A stretch of 64,000 nt of DNA from an uncultured Alcaligenaceae bacterium (lineage in GTDB: Bacteria > Planctomycetota > Planctomycetia > Gemmatales > Gemmataceae). The notes below the pieces were generated by a model. The model was not told the DNA's origin, did not search any database, and was given only the letters and a program-made list of their open reading frames with translations. Positions 46,023 to 55,137 of the stretch are shown here, one piece after another (positions within the stretch are counted from its first letter, which is position 1; each line of letters begins with the position of its first letter). The translations under genes and the position numbers were made by a program. Location of the stretch: assembly GCA_964444365.1 (NCBI GenBank), contig CAYUHJ010000009.1, positions 5,880-69,879 of the forward strand, given 5' to 3'.

Positions 46023-48440
46023 TCAATGGTTGAACATGAATTCCCGCGAGTTCAGCACGGCCCAGAAAACGTCTTCCAGCGCCTGGGCCTTGTTCGCGTT
46101 CGCGTCCACCGCCGTGAGGAGCTTCTGCAACTCCTCCGAACGCGGGGTGCGGCTCAGGCTGCGGACGTAGATCGCCTCGATCACCTGGGCCGGGGTTTTC
46201 TTGTCCTTCAGCATCTTCGCGACGAGTCCACCGGCGGTGATCTTCGGGCCGACGGTGTCGCCGTTCATCAGGTGCAGGCTCTGGCTGAGCGTCGGTTCCA
46301 GGCGGACTTCGCAGGAGCAGACGGTTTCGCGCGTCGGCCGGCCGAAGGTCGTGAGGAAGTAGGTCGTCACAGTGCCGTCGGCGATTTGCACGGCCCGGGA
46401 ACCGAGCGGCAGGCCGGGGAACTTGTTCTTCGTGTCCGTCACCTGCGTCACGATGTCGAGCATCGTCTCCGCCCGGATGCGGCGGATCGGGCCGCGGGCG
46501 AAGTTGCGGGTGTCCCCCTCGTTCGACTTGTTCGGCTGCGTGGAGCGCTGGTACGCCGCGCTCAGGCAGATGTCGCGGACGAGTTTCTTGAAGTCGTACT
46601 TGTACCCCGTGAACCGCTTGCCGAGTTCGTCGAGCAGTTCCTGGTTCGACGCCGGGTTCGAGATCCGCACGTCGTCGACCTCGTTGATGATCCCCATGCC
46701 GAAGAACTGCGCCCAGACGATGTTCGCCAGGTTCTTCGCGAAGTACGGGTTCTCGGGCGAGGCGAGCCAGTTGGCCAGCACCGTCCGGCGGTCCTTCCCG
46801 GCCACGTCCGCGGGGGCGGTCGCGCCGAGGAATTTCGCGGGCATCGGCTTCTTGTGGACGGGGTGGTTCGTCTCGCCGCCGCCGCTGTTGAAGACGATCA
46901 GTTCGCGCGGGTCGTCGCCGGGCTTCCGGCCGATCTGCGTGAAGAACGCGGCGAACCCGTAGTAGTCGTCCATCGTCCAGCGGTCGAACGGGTGGTTGTG
47001 GCACTGGGCGCACTGGACGCGCATCCCCATGAACACCTGGGCGACGTTTTCCGTCACCTTGAGGATGTCGCGTTCGAGCTGGTAGTAGTTCGTGACCGGG
47101 TTCTTGAAGGTGCCGCCGTTGGCGGAGAGGAGTTCCCGGACCCACACGTCGGTCGGCACGTTCTTCGCGATCTGGTCTTGCAGCCAGTTGAAGTAGAGCA
47201 GCATCGCCTTCCGGCTGACGTTGTTGCCGTCCGAGCGGATTTGCAAAAGCTCCGCCCACTTCAGCACCCACAACTCGGCGAATTCCTTGCGCCCGAGTAA
47301 CTCGTCGACGAGTAGTTCCCGCTTGTTCGCCCGCTGGTCCGCCGCGAACTTCTCGTACTCCTCCGCCGTCGGCAACATGCCGACGACATCGAGGTACACC
47401 CGGCGAACGAAGGTGTCGTCGTCGCAGATGCCGGATGGCTCGATGCGGAGCTTCTTGAGCTTCGCGTTGACGAGGCCGTCGATGTAGTTGTGTTCCGCAT
47501 GGTTGCCCCACGCGAACTGCAACCCCTTCGGCAACGTGATGAACGGCACCCCGACGGTGAACGTGGCGAAGCGGGCCAGCACGAACGCCTCGCCCCGTTC
47601 GCCGGCGGTCACGCTGCCGTCGCCGTCGGCGGCGATCTTTGCGGCGTTGTCGTTGTTCGACATGAACAGCGCGAGCGAGGTCACGTCCCGGTCGGTGCCG
47701 TCGCTGTACTTGGCGCGAACGATGACACGTTGCTTCTCGCCCTTGCCGTCGAGCACCGCGGACGGCGGGAAGACCTCGATGCCGGTCGGGGTGGCGACGG
47801 TCGGCGGGTCGAGTGGGGCGTCGGCTTCGAGCCAGCGGATGATGGTGCGGTAGTACTCGTCGCCGTCCTTGATCTTGCCGCCGCCGGTGTGAGGGACTTT
47901 ACCGGCCGCCTTCTCGACGAGCAGCGAATCCGCCGGCAACGCAAGATTCACCCGGCGACCGTTGAGTTCGCGCGTCAGGCGGTAGTGGTCGCCGTCCGGG
48001 TCGAAGCCGAACAGCGACAGGCGGAAGCCGTCTTTGCCGCGGGCGGCCCCGTGGCAACCGCCGGAGTTGCACCCCGACCGCATGAACACCGGCATCACGT
48101 CGAGCTTGAACGACACCGGGCGATCCGCCTTCGCGTTCGTCACCTTCACCGGCAACTTGACTGTTTGCCCACCCGCGGTGACGGTCATTTCCGTCGTTCC
48201 ATCCGCGACCGGTAGCACGACGTTCTTATCGAGTTTGACCAGTGACGGGTTCGCGAACGACACCCTGGCGGCGTCGGTGATGTCCCGAGTCAGGCCGTCC
48301 GGTTGCGTGAGTTGAACGACGAACGCTTGCCGGTCGCGGCTCGTTTCGAGGTTCACGTCCGGCGGGTAGACGGCGACCTTCTGTGCCTGCGCGGTGCCGG
48401 TCACGAGCAAAACGGTGAGCGTCGGAAGTGCGGAACGCAT
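46023..48440 (-). CDS. DUF1549/DUF1553 (PSD family) protein with an N-terminal Ig-like (Big_2-type) domain
   Basis: Signal peptide MRSALPTLTVLLVTGTAQA. SGCNSGGCHG. RRVYLDVVGMLPTAEE (DUF1549). QCAQCHNHPFDRW (DUF1553). C-terminus: VLNSREFMFNH. Confidence 0.9.
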   Translation of the reverse strand: MRSALPTLTVLLVTGTAQAQKVAVYPPDVNLETSRDRQAFVVQLTQPDGLTRDITDAARVSFANPSLVKLDKNVVLPVADGTTEMTVTAGGQTVKLPVKVTNAKADRPVSFKLDVMPVFMRSGCNSGGCHGAARGKDGFRLSLFGFDPDGDHYRLTRELNGRRVNLALPADSLLVEKAAGKVPHTGGGKIKDGDEYYRTIIRWLEADAPLDPPTVATPTGIEVFPPSAVLDGKGEKQRVIVRAKYSDGTDRDVTSLALFMSNNDNAAKIAADGDGSVTAGERGEAFVLARFATFTVGVPFITLPKGLQFAWGNHAEHNYIDGLVNAKLKKLRIEPSGICDDDTFVRRVYLDVVGMLPTAEEYEKFAADQRANKRELLVDELLGRKEFAELWVLKWAELLQIRSDGNNVSRKAMLLYFNWLQDQIAKNVPTDVWVRELLSANGGTFKNPVTNYYQLERDILKVTENVAQVFMGMRVQCAQCHNHPFDRWTMDDYYGFAAFFTQIGRKPGDDPRELIVFNSGGGETNHPVHKKPMPAKFLGATAPADVAGKDRRTVLANWLASPENPYFAKNLANIVWAQFFGMGIINEVDDVRISNPASNQELLDELGKRFTGYKYDFKKLVRDICLSAAYQRSTQPNKSNEGDTRNFARGPIRRIRAETMLDIVTQVTDTKNKFPGLPLGSRAVQIADGTVTTYFLTTFGRPTRETVCSCEVRLEPTLSQSLHLMNGDTVGPKITAGGLVAKMLKDKKTPAQVIEAIYVRSLSRTPRSEELQKLLTAVDANANKAQALEDVFWAVLNSREFMFNH

Positions 48441-48548
48441 GGTGGGTCTCGTCAGGAGGGCAGGTGATCAGGTTGGCGGGCTGCAAGAGACTAGTCGGCG
48501 GGATCTAGGAACCTGGGAACAGCACCTCGGCGGGAATGCCATTCGGGC

Positions 48549-48740
48549 TCATCGGCTCTCCCCCGGCTTCGGGTCGTCGAACTGGAACTCCGGGTTGACC
48601 ACTTCCTTCGGCCGTTCCGGCACCCGGCTGCGTCGCGGCGGCTTCGGGAAGTGGCCCGCTTGCTCGCGCCGGCGCATCGACACCACCGTGTAAACGATGT
48701 ACGCCGCGGCGAGAACAGAGATGACGAGGGCCACGTACAT
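48549..48740 (-). CDS. Small single-TM protein (63 aa)
   Basis: MYVALVISVLAAAYIVYTVV followed by a charged tail. Third positions are GC-rich. It lies 108 nt upstream of the PSD gene. Confidence 0.5.
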   Translation of the reverse strand: MYVALVISVLAAAYIVYTVVSMRRREQAGHFPKPPRRSRVPERPKEVVNPEFQFDDPKPGESR

Positions 48741-48749
48741 GGAGCAATC

Positions 48750-49046
48750 TCAGGGCGGACGAAGTCGGTTTCGCCAGTATCCCGGCCGTTGTTTGTGGTG
48801 GGGGAAGGCCAAAACGTGGAGGACTGGCGGGTCATCCAGATAAATGATGCTGTAGGGCAACCGCTTTGGCAGGCTGTACAGGCGAATCGATTTTGAACGT
48901 CCGACGAGCGGCATAAACTTGGGGTTTGCGACGATCGCGGCAACAACTTGATTCACAATCGACTGGAAGAATGCCGGGCGTGGCGAATTTGCCAACGCGC
49001 GGTCCAGTTCGAGCAAGGCGTCGGGTTCCCAAGTGAGTCCGTTCAC
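48750..49046 (-). CDS. RelE/ParE-family type II toxin
   Basis: The GTG at 49046 gives (M)NGLTWEPDALLELDRAL...RLPYSIIYLDDPPVLHVLAFPHHKQRPGYW. The GTG overlaps the antitoxin stop (GTGA at 49043-49046). Confidence 0.7.
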   Translation of the reverse strand: MNGLTWEPDALLELDRALANSPRPAFFQSIVNQVVAAIVANPKFMPLVGRSKSIRLYSLPKRLPYSIIYLDDPPVLHVLAFPHHKQRPGYWRNRLRPP

Positions 49047-49282
49047 CCGTACTTCTCCCGCATCCGACGCATCACTTCTTCGTGCGGAACAGATTCTGTC
49101 TCGCCAGCTTGTGCCCTTGCCAACCGTCGCTCGCACTCGACGAGCCACGCCTCCTCCCATTCCTCTTGGGATACTGTCTCCTCCTCGCCGAGTTGCTCGT
49201 CGAGTTGTGCCTGAATCACATCCAGGGTCGCGTCGTCGGGCAAGGCACGAATCAGGGCGATTGCGGCCTCTTTGGTACTCAT
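49043..49282 (-). CDS. Addiction-module antitoxin component
   Basis: MSTKEAAIALIRALPDDATLDVIQAQLDEQLG...WLVECERRLARAQAGETESVPHEEVMRRMREKYG resembles the 'putative addiction module component' family. Confidence 0.65.
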   Translation of the reverse strand: MSTKEAAIALIRALPDDATLDVIQAQLDEQLGEEETVSQEEWEEAWLVECERRLARAQAGETESVPHEEVMRRMREKYG

Positions 49283-49342
49283 CTCGGGTCCTCCCGGTTG
49301 GCCTTCATTATCCCCCGACGCACGCCCGACCGCAACGGAAGG

Positions 49343-51790
49343 TCACTTCTTCCCGTCCTTGGCGGCTTTCTCGCGTTCCTCCTGTTCGAGCCGCAGCTGT
49401 TCCAGCCGGCTCAGGCGTTTCGGCGGCTGGGCCGGGGTTGGCGTCGGTTGCGGGGTCGCCACCGGCGTCGTCGGCTTCGGCGTTGACGCGACCTTCGGTG
49501 GTAGCGGCACGTCGACGCGGAGTTCGTTGCCGCCCACGGAATGAATGACTTGCTCGCCGTTCACGTTCACGATCACCTGGCAGAACACGCGGTGCTTCCC
49601 GGCCGGCGTGGTCTTGTCCGTCGCCACGGGGAACGTCAGATCTTTCGAGTCCTTCGTCAACTTCAGGTCCGGGGTCGTCGCCTTCGCGGGCAACCCCAGC
49701 AACTTCACCACCGCCTCGCCGTCGAACGGAGTGTTGACCGTGACCTTGCCGAAGACTTGCGCGGACGCCCCTTGTTCGACGGCAGTCCGATCCTGGGCGA
49801 ACGTCACGAACGGCGGGGCGATCTCGATGCCGAACAGCTGGCTCGACACCCACACGGTTCCCTTGCCGGCGTCCGCCGACGCGAGGAGCGCCGTCTTCCA
49901 CTTCCGGGCGGCGGCGTTCGGGGCGGCGTTCATGCTCAGCACCGCTTCCGTCGCGTTCTCGGAGATCGTCGCGGACCCCTGAATCCCCATCCCCGGCGGC
50001 GTCCACAGCGGCACGACGGTGATCGGCCCCTTGAAGCCGTCCGCCCGCTTCGCGACGATCCGCAGGTTCAGCGACCCGTTCTGCACGACCGGGGCCTTCG
50101 GCTCGATCACCTCGATCGAGTACGGGGCCGGGTCCGCGACCGCGACGGCCATGCGGTCGGTCTGGATCGAGTGGAACGGCGTGTTGTTCAGCCCGATCGA
50201 GTAGAAGACCGGCTGCCCGACCTTCGACGCGGCTTGCACCTTCGGGTCCACCGGGTTAGCCCGGACGTCGACGAGCTTCCCGGCGGTGCCGGCGTCGGGC
50301 TTCGCGTCGAACACGACGGGAACCACGCCCTGGCCGGGATCGACGTGGTCCGCGCGGAAGCTCATCCCCGCGGGAAGTTGGTCGAAGCCCAGGACCGCGG
50401 CCCCGCCCCAGTCCGTGCGGTTCACCGCGACCAGGGTCGCGTAGCGGTTCCCCTTCGGGACGACGATGGTTTGCCGGGTCTGGTTCGACACGTTGTTGCC
50501 GTCCACGCGCGGCAAGTCCGTCGTCGTCTTGGCGGCGATCGGCGTCACCTCGATGCGGTAGAAGTAATCCGGCCCGCCCTTTTTCAGGTGGTCGTGAATC
50601 CAAACCGCGAGTTCGCCGTCGACCGGCGACGTGACGCGCAGGTGGCTGTCCGGCCCGCGGGTGTCGTCGTTGCCGGCGATGTACGCACCGCCCGCCACGC
50701 CGACGTGCAGCACCGGGTCGAGCGGCGAGCCGATGTTCCGGGCGTAGGCGTGGACCTCGAAGACTTGCCCCTTTTTCGCGGGGAATTTGAAGTAGTCGGT
50801 TTCGCCAGCGGACGCGACGACGCCGTTGAACGCGCCGGGGGCGACGCCCGCCGTTGCGGTGGCAACATCCTTGTTGGCCCCGGATTCGAGCGTGTTCGGC
50901 AAGTCGTTCAGCCGGAAGCGAAAGCCCGCGGGGTGAACTCCGTCTGCGGTCTGGGCGTGAACGCGGAACATCGGGTCGGCCGTTGCGGGGAGCTTGATCT
51001 TCTGTCGCAGTTCACCGGACGGGTCACCGACGAAGCGGAGTTCGACTTCGTCACCCGGCTTGCCCCCCGCGGGGATCACCCCTGTGGGGCGGGGGAAGTG
51101 GCCGACGTGTAGCCGGTACGGGCCGTTGCCGGAGTACGCACTCTCGCGGATTTGCACGACGTAGGTGCCGTCCGCCGGGATGATGGCGGAACATCCGCCG
51201 TCCTGGCCGGTGTTCGCGGCGTCGTCGCCGGTGGCGATCTCAAAGCGTTTCGAGTCGAGAATCGCGACGTACGGATCGAAGAAGCTCGACGCGAGCCGCA
51301 TCCCCTCGACTTCGACGGACAGCCGTTGGCCCTTCTTGCACTCGACCGCGAAGTAGTCGACGTCGTCGCCGGCAATGGTGCCGTGAACGGTCACGTTCAG
51401 CGGAATCGCCTGCGGTTTGTCGAACTCGGAGTTCGGCTCCTTCTCCTCGACGCTCGGCAACGCCCCGACCCAGAACGTGCGGGCGTCCGAGATTCCCGTC
51501 GCGGTTCGCACCCGGAACAGGTGCTCGCCGAGCCGACAGTCCGGGGCAATCGCGAGCGTCACCTTGAGCGAGTTGTCCTGCACTGGCTCGAGCTTCTTCA
51601 CCGCGATGCCGGGGTGGTACGCAATCACCTCGACGGCGTCGCCGAGCCGGGCACCTTGGAAGGTGACGATGGCTTCGGTTCCGCGCTGAGCGCCCCGCGG
51701 CGAGATGCTGCTGAGCTGGGGCGAGGCAGCAAAGGCCGAGTCGCACGCAAAGCCGCAAAGCACGCCAAGAACACCCAGAATCCGAAACAT
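49343..51790 (-). CDS. Large secreted protein with pre-peptidase C-terminal (PPC) and Ig-like domains
   Basis: The ATG at 51790 gives MFRILGVLGVLCGFACDSAFA. PPC-like: GTIAGDDVDYFAVECKKGQRLSVEVEGMRL and SAGETDYFKFPAKKGQVFEVHAYARNIGSPLDPVL. Pro/Thr-rich linker and a basic tail. Confidence 0.75.
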   Translation of the reverse strand: MFRILGVLGVLCGFACDSAFAASPQLSSISPRGAQRGTEAIVTFQGARLGDAVEVIAYHPGIAVKKLEPVQDNSLKVTLAIAPDCRLGEHLFRVRTATGISDARTFWVGALPSVEEKEPNSEFDKPQAIPLNVTVHGTIAGDDVDYFAVECKKGQRLSVEVEGMRLASSFFDPYVAILDSKRFEIATGDDAANTGQDGGCSAIIPADGTYVVQIRESAYSGNGPYRLHVGHFPRPTGVIPAGGKPGDEVELRFVGDPSGELRQKIKLPATADPMFRVHAQTADGVHPAGFRFRLNDLPNTLESGANKDVATATAGVAPGAFNGVVASAGETDYFKFPAKKGQVFEVHAYARNIGSPLDPVLHVGVAGGAYIAGNDDTRGPDSHLRVTSPVDGELAVWIHDHLKKGGPDYFYRIEVTPIAAKTTTDLPRVDGNNVSNQTRQTIVVPKGNRYATLVAVNRTDWGGAAVLGFDQLPAGMSFRADHVDPGQGVVPVVFDAKPDAGTAGKLVDVRANPVDPKVQAASKVGQPVFYSIGLNNTPFHSIQTDRMAVAVADPAPYSIEVIEPKAPVVQNGSLNLRIVAKRADGFKGPITVVPLWTPPGMGIQGSATISENATEAVLSMNAAPNAAARKWKTALLASADAGKGTVWVSSQLFGIEIAPPFVTFAQDRTAVEQGASAQVFGKVTVNTPFDGEAVVKLLGLPAKATTPDLKLTKDSKDLTFPVATDKTTPAGKHRVFCQVIVNVNGEQVIHSVGGNELRVDVPLPPKVASTPKPTTPVATPQPTPTPAQPPKRLSRLEQLRLEQEEREKAAKDGKK

Positions 51791-51816
51791 CTGAAACTCC
51801 GGTCGAATCTGTAATT

Positions 51817-51843
51817 CTTTGTGGCTTTGCGTCTTTGTGTGAG
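51817..51843. repeat. Single arm of the CTTTGTG heptamer array, related to 669-706
   Basis: ctttgtggctttgcgtctttgtgtgag lies in the low-GC spacer between the DUF1501 and PPC genes. Compare ctttgtggccctttgtgtgatctttgtg at 669-696. Confidence 0.6.
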
Positions 51844-51854
51844 ACTGTGCTGAC

Positions 51855-53132
51855 TTATGCGAGCAGTTCCTTCCGCGTGTGCCCTTCCCGGACGATGTCG
51901 ATCGGCCGGTCACCCGGCGACATCAGTTTCTTGTCCGCGTCGATGCCGAGGCAGTGGTAGACGGTGTGGGCCAGGTCCTCGACGCCGAGGGGGTCTTCGT
52001 CGGGTTCGCTGGCCGTCGCGTCGGACGTGCCGTAGACGAGGCCCTTCTTGATGCCGCCGCCCGCGAGGACGACGCTGAACACTTTTGGCCAGTGGTCCCG
52101 GCCCGCCGTCGCGTTGATCTTCGGCGTCCGGCCGAACTCGCTCGACACCATGACGAGCGTCTTGTCGAGCATCCCCCGGCTCGACAGGTCGCGGACGAGG
52201 GCGGCGAACGCCTGGTCGAACGCGGGGAGCTGGTTCTTGGTCCCCTGCACGATGTTGCCGTGCAAGTCCCAGCCGCCGTAGTTGAGGGTCACGAACCGGA
52301 CGCCGCTCTCGACGAGCCGCCGGGCGAGCAGCATCCGTTGACCCGCGGCGTTGCGGCCGTACTCGTCGCGGAGCTTGGCGTCTTCCTTGTTGATGTCGAA
52401 CGCGGCCTTCGCCTTGTCGCTGGAAATCAGGCCGTAGGCCCGCTGGTAGAAGGTGTCCATCGCGTCGAGGTTGTCGGACTTCTCCTTCGTGGCGAAGTGC
52501 GTGTTGACCGCGTCGAGCATGGTCCGCCGGCTGGTGAACCGCTTCTCGTCGACGCCGCCGGGCAGGGACAGGTCCTTCACCTGGAAGTTGCCGTTGGCCG
52601 GGTCCGCGCCGAGGGCGAAGGGGCCGTAGGCGCTCGATAGGTAGCCGCTACCCGCGAAGTTCGTGATGAGGTTGGGCAGCGACACGTACGGCGGCAGGTT
52701 GTTCCGCACGCCGAGTTCGTGGGCGACGACGCTGCCCATGCTCGGGAACGTGATCGCCGGGCTGGGGCGGTAGCCGGTGAACATGTTGTGCGTGCCGCGC
52801 TCGTGGGCGGCCTCGCCGTGCGTCATGCTGCGGACGACCGTGATCTGGTTCGCGACCTTCGCCGTGTCTTTCAGAAGTTCGTTGAAGAGCACGCCGTCGA
52901 GCTTGGTCTGAATCTGACCCATGTCGCCGCGGTATTCGACGGGTGCGAGCGGCTTGGGGTCGAAACTTTCCTGGTGGGCCATTCCGCCCGGCAAGTAAAT
53001 GTGAATGCACGCCTCGGCCTTCGGCCCCTTCTTCCCCGGCACGTCGGCCCCGGTGGCGGCTCGCGCCCGGAAGAACTGGTCCAGGGTGACGCCGGCCGCG
53101 ACGCCGACTTGCAGGAACGAACGGCGATCCAT
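51855..53132 (-). CDS. DUF1501 (sulfatase-like) protein
   Basis: MDRRSFLQVGVAAG...CIHIYLPGGMAHQESFDPKP...GGWDLHGN...SEFGRTP...GRDHW. Confidence 0.9.
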   Translation of the reverse strand: MDRRSFLQVGVAAGVTLDQFFRARAATGADVPGKKGPKAEACIHIYLPGGMAHQESFDPKPLAPVEYRGDMGQIQTKLDGVLFNELLKDTAKVANQITVVRSMTHGEAAHERGTHNMFTGYRPSPAITFPSMGSVVAHELGVRNNLPPYVSLPNLITNFAGSGYLSSAYGPFALGADPANGNFQVKDLSLPGGVDEKRFTSRRTMLDAVNTHFATKEKSDNLDAMDTFYQRAYGLISSDKAKAAFDINKEDAKLRDEYGRNAAGQRMLLARRLVESGVRFVTLNYGGWDLHGNIVQGTKNQLPAFDQAFAALVRDLSSRGMLDKTLVMVSSEFGRTPKINATAGRDHWPKVFSVVLAGGGIKKGLVYGTSDATASEPDEDPLGVEDLAHTVYHCLGIDADKKLMSPGDRPIDIVREGHTRKELLA

Positions 53133-53467
53133 GACGGCACTCCGGGAACGAGGAGACTAGCAGGTGGGTTTAACTGTCCGGCCTCGGCGGGCAGGATCGA
53201 GTACCGGTGACGGCAGGGGGTCGGCGGGGGAGAGTTCGACAGACACCGCGCGAGTGCGGCATTCGGCAGCACTGAAACCATACGATGCGATCAACCCGGC
53301 GTCAACGACGAACGATGAATCGCGGGGCGATCTTCCGAGCGTCACACTCCCCGCGGCCGGTTCATTTTCTTCCGGTGGGAGAAAAAGCCGGATAACTCGG
53401 CCCGGTCGCGGGAGAGTCCTTGTTGAAGCCGGCGAGTCGCGACCCTGGATCTCAAGGAAGTCAACAC

Positions 53468-55069
53468 ATGGCCCGCGCGACTGAGACCCGACTCCGTGCG
53501 CTGGTCCACGCGGCGCTCGGAACGGTCCGACTGGAAGAACTCACCGACGGCGAGCTGCTCACCCGGTACGCGCAGCATCGTGACGAGGAGGCGTTCGCCG
53601 AGCTCGTCCGCCGCCTCGGGCCGGCGGTGTACGGGGTCTGTCGCCGCGTACTGGGGGCGTCGCCGGACGCAGACGATGCGTTCCAGGTGGTCTTCCTGGT
53701 CCTGGCACGGAAGGCGGCGTCGGTCCGGCCGCCGAGCCGGGTCGCCGCGTGGCTCCACGGGGTCGCCGTGCTCGCGGCGCGGAAGGCGAGGGCCGGCCGG
53801 CTGAAGCGGTTCGCTCGGGAAGACCGGCTCGATTCCGCCCCCGAACCGACCGCGACCTCGCCCGCCATCGACCCCGATCTGGCCGAGGTACTCGACGACG
53901 AGATTCACCGGCTTCCGGAACGGTATCGGCTCCCGATCCTGCTCTGCGAGCTGCGCGAGTTGCCGCTCGCCCGGGCGGCGGTCGAACTCGGGTGGCCGGT
54001 CGGCACCGTGGCCAGCCGGCTCAGTCGCGGGCGGAAAATGCTGGCGAACCGACTCCGTCAGCGGGGGATTCTGGCGACGTCCGCGATCTTCGCGGCCGGG
54101 TCCGTGTCCCGCGTCGCGGCAACGTCTCTTCCGGCGAAGTTGGTGCTGAAGGCGACAATCCCGGCGGCGACCGGGGCGGGGCTCGGAACCCTGCCCGCCG
54201 ATCCGCCACTCTTTCGAGAGGTCATGTGGGCCATGACGATGACCAAAGTCCGTGCGGCAGCGGTGGGTGTGATGGCGGTGGCGGCAGTCGCCACCAGCGG
54301 CGTCGGCTTCTTCGGGGCGACCCTGGCCGCACCCGTTCCCTCAGCCAGCGCGAAGGCGGCGCAAGACACCGCGGATGACGCTCTCGCCCGCGTTCCGGCG
54401 GACAATCTTTCCGCAATTCTGAAGGTCAAGGCGGTGCAAACCGACCTCGCAATGACGGAGGAACAAGTCAAGAAGTGCGACACCCTGCGGGCGAAACACA
54501 ATGGGGGAGGCATCAAGCTGAACGTGAAAGGGGCCGGCGTCGTGAATCCGGTCGGCCCGGCGGGGGCACCAGGCGGCATCCAGATCGAAGCCATCGCCGA
54601 TTCGTTTACCCTCACTGATTCCAGCCCGCAACTCCACAAGGCACTGACGGAAGTCTTGACCGCGAAGCAGGTCCGACGGGTCAAGCAACTGTCGCTTCAA
54701 GCCAAGGGGCCGGTCGCCTTGTTGGACCGCCGGGTGATCCGTGCCCTCGGGCTGACGGCCGAACAGGAAGACAAGATCGAGGCCGCGATTCCGGCGGAAC
54801 CGAACGGGATGATTCAGATCCAGGTCAACGGCGTCGTCCGCGACCCGATTGCCGAGAAGCGCGAAGCGGCGTGGACGACCACGCTGGAGGTGCTCACGAA
54901 GGAGCAACGGGCGAAGTGGGACGCGATGGTCGGGGAAATGTTGCCGGCCGCCGAACTCAGGAAAGTCGGTCTGCCGGACATCACCTTTGGTGAGATCCAG
55001 AACCTGATTCCTGGTGGTCAGGGTGTTGTCCCGCCGATGCCGGTTCCGAACCAGGATGACGATGACTGA
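53468..55069 (+). CDS. ECF sigma factor fused via a TM helix to an extracytoplasmic domain carrying four LTxxQ-type motifs
   Basis: Sigma part: LLTRYAQHRDEEAFAELVRRLGPAVYGVCRRVLG..DAFQVVFLVLA and PILLCELRELPLARAAVELGWPVGTVASRLSRGRKML. TM helix: AAAVGVMAVAAVATSGVGFFGATLAA. Then MTEEQVKKC, LTAKQVRRV, LTAEQEDKI and LTKEQRAKW. Confidence 0.8.
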   Translation: MARATETRLRALVHAALGTVRLEELTDGELLTRYAQHRDEEAFAELVRRLGPAVYGVCRRVLGASPDADDAFQVVFLVLARKAASVRPPSRVAAWLHGVAVLAARKARAGRLKRFAREDRLDSAPEPTATSPAIDPDLAEVLDDEIHRLPERYRLPILLCELRELPLARAAVELGWPVGTVASRLSRGRKMLANRLRQRGILATSAIFAAGSVSRVAATSLPAKLVLKATIPAATGAGLGTLPADPPLFREVMWAMTMTKVRAAAVGVMAVAAVATSGVGFFGATLAAPVPSASAKAAQDTADDALARVPADNLSAILKVKAVQTDLAMTEEQVKKCDTLRAKHNGGGIKLNVKGAGVVNPVGPAGAPGGIQIEAIADSFTLTDSSPQLHKALTEVLTAKQVRRVKQLSLQAKGPVALLDRRVIRALGLTAEQEDKIEAAIPAEPNGMIQIQVNGVVRDPIAEKREAAWTTTLEVLTKEQRAKWDAMVGEMLPAAELRKVGLPDITFGEIQNLIPGGQGVVPPMPVPNQDDDD

Positions 55070-55137
55070 GCCGGACTCTCTCCTTGCCCACCAAGCCGGC
55101 CCGAGCAATCGCTGGGGCCGGCTCGACTTCATTCACC

